Source of the DNA: Bugula neritina
Lineage: Eukaryota > Animalia > Bryozoa
Direction: 5' to 3'
Assembly (NCBI GenBank): GCA_964035545.1
Contig: OZ037771.1
Location: 2,739,628 to 2,803,627 of the forward strand
DNA: 64,000 nt
Shown here one piece after another: positions 14,000 to 25,000 of the stretch. The notes below the pieces were generated by a model. It saw only the letters and a list, made by a program, of their open reading frames with translations. It was not told the origin of the DNA and did no database searches. The position numbers were made by a program, and so were the translations under genes. Each line of letters begins with the position of its first letter. The stretch's first letter is position 1.

Positions 14000-16560
14000 A
14001 TGCAACGTGTTCCAAGTTTTTTAACGGCTGCTGTAAGAAGTAAGTCTATCATTATCTCTAACTTTCTTATAGTCATACTGATACTGATACTCATTGTCAT
14101 TGTGCCTTCGCTTCTATTTTGATTTTCAGTTTCTAGTCTGAATCTCAGTCTGATAAGTCACTTTGATTTTAGATTTGATTTAAATTCAACTTACAGTTTT
14201 AGTTACTATTTTACTTATCACTTCTTGTGGGTTTATTCTAACTCTTATAAGTTATAGTCAAAAAATGATTACAATGTAAATGTTATAAATAATTATTACT
14301 ATATTTTAATTTTAGTTTATATTATTAATATTATTATATTTATAATATTTTACTTGATAATATATTATAATTATATTTATATATATGTATAATATTTATA
14401 ATATATTTATATTATATTATATAAATATTCATAGTTCATATTGATTCCAGATCCTAAAATAAAAATTGAATGTAATTATTTATTTGTTATACTTATAGTA
14501 ATATTAACTAATACCTAATCTTAAATTTGTATTTATAGTTTATCACTTTAGCCTCTAAAGTTTAGGTTTATACCAACACTTAAGGTAATGCTTTAGCTAT
14601 AAGCTATTACTAATCAATTTAACTTTATCATTATGATTGTCATTATGTAACTCAAAGTCTAATTGGAGCAATTACTAATAGTAATATTCTAATCAGGAAT
14701 CGCAATATTTATTCATTTTCAAATTGTTCTTGTTATCACTCATCAGTGTGATCACTATCAGCATACTGACACTCAGTAACTGAAGCTGCTAATTTTAATA
14801 AACCCATAATACATAATGCATAAATTTTATAGTCAATTTAAAATTTAGTCCTTTTATCAATTTTCATAACATTAAATAAATTAAACAATAGTGAATGAAT
14901 GGATTATCATTGATAATACAGTTGTAATCATCATGGCCAAAAATGATTTATTCATCAGTATTAATTATTATGATTGACTTAAAATGGTTTTAATAATAAT
15001 TATTCTTAGCCTATTCGAGTTTCCCATTGTTGGTATCATTATTATGACAAAAACTCATCAATTATTGATGACCCTAGTTATCAAGAATACTATCGCTCTT
15101 TTGGTTTAAGTATACTTGTTATCAGTCTTATTTATCTCTCATAGCCTAAAATGCCTTTAAAACTTTATGTTCACCAGTATTAGCATTGCCATGTCTTCAT
15201 GGGAATTGATATTTGTCCAACATTGAATTAATCTTTTTTATTTAATTCTCCTGTTCATCATCTCTCACTACTTCTAGTAAAAACAATTGGCAGTTTTGTC
15301 CAATTTGTGACGCACCGCACAATATTTTAATTGTACACTTGCTTTCCAGGACTAGCAATGTTCATCAGAGTAGACTCTGGTGTATGTATTCTGCCATATC
15401 TGTTTAACCAATGTATTCAAGTTGTTATTTTGAAGTTATCTATTCCTTTCAAATGTTTGCAGGGATACAGCCAAAGAGACATGGAAGTGGTTTTAAAACA
15501 TTCAAAGAACTAGACATGATAAACAAATCCACAATGGATCATCTACCAAAGCCTTCTGGTTCATGGGAAGCTGGATACAGAGCTAAAAATAGCAAAGCCA
15601 ACATGGCGTTAGGCTTTTCAGTAGTGGTATTCACTCTTACAATAGTAGAGGTAAGTCATAATAACATACAGATACATATATTCAATAATCATGGCAGACA
15701 TGCTGTGATGTCACAGATGGTGTGAGTGATACATCTAGTTTTAAATTTGGGGTTGTTATTTGCGGGAACTTATCCCATATGAAAATACTAGTTCAATATA
15801 CAGGTGGGTATATGATGATGATATTGTGATACGTGGTGTTCGATTGCCCAGTTTTATTGTATAATTGTTCAGCAGACCACAACACGTCCATTCTAATACA
15901 TTTTCTGCGTCCATTCTAATACATTTTCTACGCATGCCAGTTAACTTTTTGCAAATATGTTTTGTATTCTTGGTGAAATTTGTTTTTCAAATCAGCGTAC
16001 AATTTATGAAGATTTGTGTTGGTAGTGATTATGGTGTATTATGCAATGTTGAAAATTTAAAAAGTTTCTTTTTGGTCACTGGTAATGGTTAAAATTCTCT
16101 TTTCTCAAGTTCCATATCCATGTCCCACTTTATTCAAAACAATTGTTAATGTGGCTCAAAACTAATACAGTTGTAGCGTTATCCCACCAACTATGCAATG
16201 AAACTAACGACATTTACCGTAATTTGAAAATTTTCTACTCGTTCATGCAAATCGATGATGCAAATAGCTATAATTATAGGATGAATATATATACATGTAA
16301 CTAGACTGTATGCTGACCTTTTTAAAACTGGAAACCAGTGTGATGCTGCCAACTGAGTGTGCGAATATGTCATGTAACTGTAGTCAAACTGACTCATACC
16401 TGACAAAATGTTTTATTGACAGATGGAAAGACAGGGATGTTTCGACTTGTTGATAAGTCCAGCCAAATGGTCAGATAAACAAGTAGCCCGACAGGCCAAA
16501 TACTATGAGAAAGGAAATAAATGGAGGAAGAGTCAAGCCAGTGATGATGACGATGAATGA
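14000..16560 (+). CDS. Small single-TM mitochondrial protein, prag01/deltamethrin-resistance family (COX7B-like complex IV subunit), 121 aa
   Basis: Exons 14000-14039, 15463-15650 and 16423-16560 (366 nt, phases consistent). Protein: MQRVPSFLTAAVRRIQPKRHG (Arg-rich presequence-like)...STMDHLPKPSGSWEAGYRAKNSKANMALGFSVVVFTLTIVE...DDDDE*. The TMD.LP.P.GSW motif followed by a TM helix is what I recall for the prag01 family, whose Drosophila member CG7630 was reported as the COX7B homologue. Confidence 0.72.
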
Positions 16561-17037
16561 AGTTTTATATAAAAAAACATTAAAACTTACGATCTAAAAA
16601 CTATGTTGTTAAATCTGTGACAGTTTGAGTTCCTGTTCATATTATGTATATTAATACTAGTTTGCCAGAGTACTGAAAACTGCTTATTGTTAAGCTAAAG
16701 AGTCTGCCAAAATAGGTTAAATTATTACCACACAATAAAAGTTGGTTTGAATTTATTTTACATGTTGTAATATAATAAATATTATATTGATTAGCAAGGA
16801 ATAGAAAGTGTACACTGAGCAAGTAAATATTAGAGAAATTGAAAATAGAACAGCTAGCTCTTTCACTCAGTCAAAGAGATACAAGTCAGCAATGTAATGA
16901 AGTTAACTTATAAACTAGCTGTACTTAGACCAGGGTTATAAAAATTGCAATAACTTAATGGTATATAATCACATGTCATTTTAATAAACCTTAAGTTACA
17001 GTATGGACAAAAACACATTGTACAATATGAAGACTCA

Positions 17038-19805
17038 TCAATGTCCTTTAACGTGGTTGTATAGATGGAATATCGTGGCCAAATCCCACCGCAGTATGAA
17101 GCTCAGTGCATATAGAATACCCAATATTGTGAAGGGGAATAACAATACCTTGGTCTTCCTCAGTATTGGTAGTGCTGCAATAGCAGTAAGTTAGTTTAAT
17201 TGGCATGGAAATAACAGGAAGTATTGGTAAATCAGTATTATAGTAATGGTGGACACTTTCCAAGCAATGGATTTTGACTAAAATAAAATATTTAAGATGA
17301 AGTATTAGTTGAATGAGGCTCTAACTTTTAATAACGAGTGAAAATTTCATAACCCGCCAATTAATTGGTTCTTTTGAGATTTTAGCCATGAAAATCAAAT
17401 CTTTTAACTTTTAAAATTGCAGTAATTATGAAATAAATTATTAATGAAATTAATACTGACTCCATCACTGCATAATTGACTTGCAATCGTAGTTTTCAAT
17501 TTACTAGCTAATTAAAAATGTCTTTCTTAACTTATGGCAAAGGTGGACTTCAGTTAAAGGCAATGCCTACCCAATCCCTTAATTGAAAAGAACTAGATGA
17601 ACTTGAGAACATCAAGTGTAGCGTGTATGAATACTTACAGTCATAACCGAGGAAGGTGATATATACATAATATGAGAATGAAATTAATAACAGCGTATTT
17701 CCAATACATCTGGAGATGAGTCCTCCAGTACCCAGCACCACTACAACATTGTCAAACTCATTATTACATCATAATATATATTCAATAATGTTACAGTGTA
17801 TATTCAGTGATACTGTATGATTGTGAACATCTCACATTGATAGTTATTAAATTTTTTACAGATAATGATTCCATACTTTAATTTAGTGTAACAAACCATG
17901 AATGCCTGAGAAGATCATCAATTTTAAAATATATGGTCAAAAAATTTCCTGTTACAAGCAGCTAACTTATCCAAATAAAATCATTTAAAATACTAACCAA
18001 AAACTTCCTATGTGACAAGCATTTATGCTAAAAAAATTAGGCTTCTTACAGTAGTCTAAAAATCTTTTAACCAAAACTTACAAGATATTATATCTAATTA
18101 CAAACTAAATATGGCAATTATTTTAAATACAAAATCACCAATCTCAACTGACTACCAGAAAAAGTTTCAATTTCCTACTGAATGTACATACCATATAATA
18201 CAGCTCCTATGCCATGGAGTATAACTAGAAGTGGAAAGAACGCATTCAGATGGACATCAAAACAGTAACCCCACTCCACCGTATCCCCTGTCGATGGTGA
18301 TACCAGGAAATAGGAGTTGGCTACCAACCTACAAACATCACAAACAATGAGCTTATTTAAACCAGTCTATTCAAAGCAAGACAGTTTTACCACTGTTCAT
18401 ACATGACTAGAGTATAAAAATCTAGAATAATTAGAAAACAAACATATTTTTTCAAAATCAAAGATTTGAATTTCATATTTTGAAACTAAATTAAAGATTT
18501 AAATCAAGTAACAATTCACTCAAAATTATGAACTGCATAAATATCCCATACACTACATTACAGCAACACTATATTACAGCAACACTATATTACAGCAACA
18601 CTATATTACAGAAACACTACATTACAGAAACACTACATTACAGCAACACTATATTACAGCAACACTACAACTACTAAGGTAGTATGTAACTTACCAGGCT
18701 ATTGTGGCCACAACGACACCAACTCCTATACAGTCTATGAAAACTGACCAGAGTGCAAATCGTATGAATCCCAGAAAGGACATGCCCAATATAACTGCAT
18801 AGACTATGGACGTAACTGCAACACAGAGGAAATGCATGTCTGTACAATAGAGCACCTGCTAACACTGCTTTGGTCACATGACTTTAATCATGGGTATATG
18901 AAGTAAACTGCAACTTACTAATAAGACAGCTGCTAAGTAAAACTAGGAAGGCTGGGTCATCTCGGGCCCATTGATTCTTCGATTCTGTAAAGATTAGGAA
19001 ATTAGATATAATACAGAAAGAATTCGAGAATACACTCCAAGTATACTGGCAATAGCTAATGTGTCAGTGAAACATGTTGATGTGTGACAAAATCTAAACA
19101 TCAATAAACATTTGGTCTACATGTCATTATTCCCAGTGACAGAGAGAATATGAGTGCTAGAAACCTACAGAGAGGCACTCTATTATATATCAACAACCAA
19201 TGAGACTTACGTTTACGATAACTGAAATTTCTGTACACTTTTTGGGGAGATATGAAGAGATACAACATCTGCCAGAGAGCATACTGGAAGTCCATTTGCT
19301 TGTACCTGGTTTTATAAATTAACACCACATAATATTATGTAAATTCTATGTGCTAGTTTTCAATATGAAAATCAACAATCATATAGATTGCTGGAAGAGT
19401 AGTTCTAAAATGGTTGGAATATGCCATCATCATAATCAACAATAATCAGAGTTTAGAATAAAATCTACAACTCATGCTTGCTGATGATAATAATTTACAA
19501 GTGGTCAAAATATATATATTAGTTGTCGTTTCCAAATTTCAATAAAATGATTCTTCCAAAATTTACATCTTCATCAATATTTTCACCAGTTTCCACTTTA
19601 TAAAAATGCAGAATTATGTATCAATCAAGTAAACGAGAAACATTGTAGCAGCAGCCTACTTTAATATTCTCCGGAAATACTTCCATCTTTTATTAGCAGC
19701 GGATTGGCAGCTAAAAGAATTCTTTTGTTCACCATTGGGAGAATGTGGAGGAGAAATATCATATTCAGAATGAGGGGAGGGCCGGTTTTGGGTATCTACA
19801 TACAT
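17038..19805 (-). CDS. UNC50: Protein unc-50 homologue (Golgi multi-pass membrane protein), 267 aa
   Basis: Seven exons 19805-19660, 19305-19211, 18984-18919, 18815-18695, 18328-18192, 17740-17639 and 17174-17038 total 804 nt. Diagnostic motifs: KRWKYFRRILKYKQMDFQYALWQMLYLFISPQKVYRNF, QWARDDPAFLVLL, VEWGYCFDVHLNAFFP, YYVYITFLGY. Confidence 0.95.
18549..18670. repeat. 16-bp minisatellite (ACAGCAACACTATATT), ~7 copies
   Basis: Tandem array starting about 25 nt inside the UNC50 intron after the donor at 18694. Confidence 0.9.
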
Positions 19806-21049
19806 CTTCCTATAAAATTCATTATAACATTATAATGAAACATTTGCCACATTATGCCCAGAAAACTATATATCCACAGTTTACTTCAGAATATAGTGGT
19901 GAGTTGAATTATTGCAAGCTAAACGCTTGTACTAAAATTTTCTAGTACTTTGATTGAGCAACTTGATTCAAAAGCTTTGAGATTTCACGACAATGCAGAA
20001 TACAGCTACTAGCACTAATATTATTTTTAAAAAGTTGAAATATACAAGGCCTAATAGCTTTTGCTTCTGACTGAATAGCAGGCAATACAGCTCAAATAAA
20101 TGATCTAATTTTGTAATGTTCAATCACACATAAATTTTAGAGTTTAGCATAAACATCAATAACAATAACAAAAATAAAATCCTCATTATTCACGAATGTT
20201 AATTTGGTTAGAACATGTAAAACTAATTGCAGTTTGAATCAGCTTATTTTACTTTGACATTTAACTATATTTCCCCAAGATAAATAGTTTTGATATTTTG
20301 ATATTCACACTTCAGACTTTGGGTCATTGCAAATGGAGCTTAGTGTCTTATACTTACAACTCCTCTAATAGTTTACTTTCAAAATCAGCTTTTTATTTAT
20401 AATTATATAATTTATATTTCCCCAGTTATGATTAGCAGATTACTAGTAAATGCAATCGTTACTCCTATTTCTATTTCTCAATATTTGCTATACTGATACT
20501 CATTGTGATTGTCATCAGTAAATGAGTATTGCATCATTGTCATTGTGCATAAAATTGCCTTTCAAGTTTTCACTTTGAATCGATAGAAAATGTTGATTTT
20601 CATCTAGTAGTTCCATTCTAGTAGTAGTACTAATAATACTAGAAGTAGAAGTAGTTCTACTTTTAGCAAAGATTAATCAATGCTGCAATAATATTAATTG
20701 ACGCGTTTTCACAAGTCCAAAGAAAAGATAATTCGCCAGAAATTAAAAAAACATTGGCTTACTTTTCTCTTTGCCTCTTGCTCCTAGTCTTTAGCCTTAC
20801 GCTTATGTTGAACTTGATGTTGGGATGAGTCTCAATTTGAGTCTCAGTCTGTCATGAGATGCTCATTTACTTTTAGTTTTACTTTCACTTAGACGAAGAC
20901 TTACAGTTACAGATTCAGATTGAGTTTGACTTTGAGTTTATGATAATCTAAATCTTAAACTTGAAGTTCAAAATAATCTTTTGAACATGCGACTTCTAGT
21001 GAGTAATCATAAAACACATTATTTCACATTTTTCAACATCGTAGAATTA

Positions 21050-21350
21050 TAAAGTGCACATAAACTACAGTTACGCGATAACGTTTGTTTTTTAGTTATT
21101 AGCCAATGCTTTCAGTTGCAACAATCAGGCTTTGTCATTCGTGTACATGTATATCTCCAACAAAAGTTATGCAGGTTGCCACTGTATCCGGCTGCTTCAT
21201 AACTCAGGCGCAGATTACTTTTAAAGTATATCGCGTATCGCGCGTTCCGTTGTTAAGATACAGTGGCTGCATACGAACTTGTGAAGGAAAGCTGCCAGTG
21301 CATGTGCGCTTATTTTCAGTTATCAGTTGATCACTGTTTCCCTTAGTGTC
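21050..21350. promoter_or_regulatory. Probable bidirectional promoter (UNC50 / DNAH2)
   Basis: Both first coding exons have an acceptor just upstream of the ATG (19810 minus, 21972 plus), so non-coding first exons lie between them. This interval is the CpG-rich part (ACGCGATAACG, TATCGCGTATCGCGCGTTCCG) and has an X-box-like GTTGTTAAGATAC at 21249-21261. Confidence 0.5.
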
Positions 21351-22002
21351 AATTGTTTTTCAATACTCGAAAACCTTAGATTTTACTAACTTTTAAAAAT
21401 GTTTAATTAATGTTTTGAATATGTAAAACTAAATGTAATACTGCTATTGCTATAAAATTAAATATCAAATTTAAATTTAATTTCACACTGATACTGAATT
21501 CGGTAACCATATTCATACTGATAATGATATTACTATCTATCTCAAACTGCATTTATAAATCAAAATTTGGTATTACTGTAAAATTAAGTATTTAGTTTAA
21601 CTTTTATTTTATATCTATAGGTGCATGTAGTTGCTATGAAAGTGTTATAATTAAATTTAATATTATCTATAAGATTAAGTACATATAGCTATAAGTATTA
21701 TTATTAAAATTATATCTAAGATACTCTTAATTTCAGCATGTTTAAGTGACCTAAAGATAAAGCAGCAAGCTTAATACTGATGCTTATACAAATATGCTGA
21801 TGCTTATACAAATATATTTGCATTAGTTAGTTTACCACCAGTTGACTAAACTGTGTTTGCCTACATTAATATGCCTTAATGTTCAATCCATTTATTACTT
21901 GGGTGAGCGTTGATGGCATACTTTGATATGAATACATAATTTGATTGCTGATGCATATTTGTTTGCTCATAGAAATAGCAACATATAGCCGCATCCATCA
22001 TC

Positions 22003-25000
22003 ATGGATGATGCGGAGAAAAAACCTGGCGGTTCCAGAAAATCTACTGCAAAGTCAACTGGAAGGAAAACTCCGCAGTCAGGACGATCTTCCCCTGGGAA
22101 AAAGTCTACAGGAAAGAAAACTCCAACTGGAAAGACTCCAGAACCTACACAAGAAGCTACAGATGGTAATACTTAGTTTAACCGCACATGCTATAAAGCA
22201 GCAGTAACTAGGCAATATAATCTATATGCAGTGTATTATAACATACTTTATTTTTATACATTTCAGCAATCTGATATATTTTACAACTAACCTTGTAGCT
22301 CCGGTAGAAAATGTGCCGGTAATTGAAGCACCGTTAGAGGAGGAAGAACCTCCTAAAGAAGAAGAGATTGTTTTAGATCCTCTAGATGTCATGGTAAGTC
22401 AATAGTTAGCTTATAATATCAATACTAAAGAGGTTATTGTGGTAGTAAGATTGGATTTCCTAATTTGACACTTGCACTTTACACACAGTATTATAATTTG
22501 GTGTAGACATGCCATTGTACATGTGATTCTCATTGAGCTCTTTGTTCCAGATGGTGATGGTCAAAGACAGAGTAATGCTAGAAGGTTTAACAGCTTCCAT
22601 GTGGACTGATGAACACAATGAGAGGGTGAAAAGTTTTCTGTCCAATGGAGAAGATAAAATATTAGTATTGAGAATATCCAATGACTGCTTGGTGAGTACA
22701 ACTCACTACATGTTTTTATTTTGTCACTTAATTAGTGTAATGTTTTTTCTGAGTAGAAGTGCTATTCTTCCTCATTTTATCAATTAACCTCTCTCTATTT
22801 CGTGATGTCTAGAGACAGTTGTGGAAACTAGTATGCAGCTTACGTAGTTGTTGATTTCCCTGTAGTTACTGCTGATACCAATAGCCTGTGGTCTAGCCGT
22901 TGCCTTCTCTGTATATGTTACCAATGCTGATAGCCTATGATCTATGTTCGTTAAAATGTCTTGTAGTTACTGGAGTCTGAGATACCGACCCTACCATGCG
23001 AAGAGCTGACATACATTATAAAGAATAGAGAGACGGTCAGCATGTTCTCTGAAGCAGATCCTCTCACTCCTAATAACCTTCTGAAGAAACTCCAGTATGG
23101 CACCATCAAAGGTTTATATATTCTGTCATCTTTATCTTTAGTCATTGCAGAGCATAATAAGTTAGTTCTAAGTATAATACAATAGCGTGGAGAGAAATGC
23201 CAAAAGTTTTGCTGCTAGTTCATAGCATCAGGTCGTAGCGGTTTTACTAAGCCCTTGTGCTGAAGTTACAGTGTAAGTTTGCTCATTTAACTCATAAAAT
23301 AAAAGTTGTAAGTTCATGCTGCAGTCTAGCACTTTGTCCATAGTCACTATGCAGGTGCTAACTATATATGTGGTTGCAATGAGATCTCACGCATACTGTA
23401 TATTAGTTTCTCTAACAAACTCATTGATCTCTCTCCACCAGGCAACAACGTAGAGAGTCTGATGAGAGTAATGAACAATATATACGCTCCTATATTCTTT
23501 GAGAACACCAGCTGGCCTGACAGTATTAAAAATGACTTCTCCGCTCAACTGCACAAGTTTCTAGCAACTTTAACTGACACTAGGTAAGTTGTGTGTGAGT
23601 GTCACTAGATAAGTGGCACTAGGTAAGTGTCACTAGGTAAGTGACACTAGGTAAGAATCACCGGGTAAGTGTCACTGGGTAAGTTGTGTGTGAGTGGCAC
23701 TAGGTAAGTATCATTGGGTAGGTGTCATCAGGTAAGTGTCACCAGGTGTGTGTCACTTTGATATTTCAAGCTTGTTTATTCTGGTATTTATTCTCAGATG
23801 GAAGATGGAGGGAAAGACAGTTCTCTACATTCCATCTGAGGGTCAGAAAGGAGATCCGGAAGTTGCTAGTCGAGATAAAGAGCTGGTTGGTCGACTAGAG
23901 AGTGAGTTATTAGCATTATGTTGTGGGATAGTCAACATGATGTAGTTGAATTAATGGTAATGAAATCTCATCTTTGTGTAGATGAAAATTAAAATTGTAT
24001 GTTTTTGACTGGATTATTTGATAACTCCCAAGTATATTAAGTTATGTAAGTAAGTAAAGTAAATTATGTAGTGTCACAAGAATCATCTTTAGCGAATGGC
24101 TATCTCTTTTACTGTGAATTCCTTATCTGATATATATAAGAATACTGACTGCTGATTGGCTGATATTTTGTAGCGGCAATGATTCATTGGACAAGACAAA
24201 TAAAAGAGGTGCTAAGCTCACAGGACAATTTTGAAATGTCTGAAAATTCTGGGCCTTTGGATGAAATTGAGTTCTGGAAAAACCGATGTTCAGATCTTTC
24301 CGGAATAAGTTCCCAGTTGGATAAACCAGGTGTAAAGAGAATCTCATATGTTCTGGAGCTGGCCAAGAGCTCATATGTCGGCCCTTTTACTAAACTCTCC
24401 GGCCAGATCAAGGTTTGTCTGCATACATCCTGTCTATCTGACAAATATCCGCAATACAGCAATTATGATATAAAAAAGTGAATATTTTCAAGATACTATT
24501 TTAGTTGAAAAATTTTACTAGCACTTCAATTTTCTTTTATTGAAAGCATTTCACCTGCATTTCTTTTTAATTAAGCAATATAAAAAAAGTTTCCCTTTTG
24601 AAGTAAAGTAATAAAATTACGTGCATATTATTGGCAAATTTGATATATCGGCTGGCTGAATTGAGATGACATAGGACATTAAACTGGCTAACGCGTGTTA
24701 CAGGAAGGTTCCAGACAAGCAGAGAGTAATCTTAAGTTTCTGCACGTGCTCAAAGACCCATGTGCCGACCTAGCAGATGCCAAGCCCGCTGATATACCCA
24801 ACATGCTGCCTAAAATCCTAAACCTCATCAGAATGATTTGGGTGAACAGTGAGTTCTACAAGACAAGGGAGCGACTCACCGGGCTACTCAGAAAGGTGCA
24901 GATGTAATAGTGTTTACATTTTACAACTTTTTGTTGGTTTTCATGCAATTTTTCATAATTACAAAAAATTCTATTTTCTATTATAGATTTTGTGTTTGCT

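Noticed and set aside
14000-19805. Functional link between UNC50 and a neighbouring complex IV gene (human UNC50 is, as I recall, adjacent to COA5)
   Set aside because: The neighbour here is a different gene in a different orientation; most likely coincidence.
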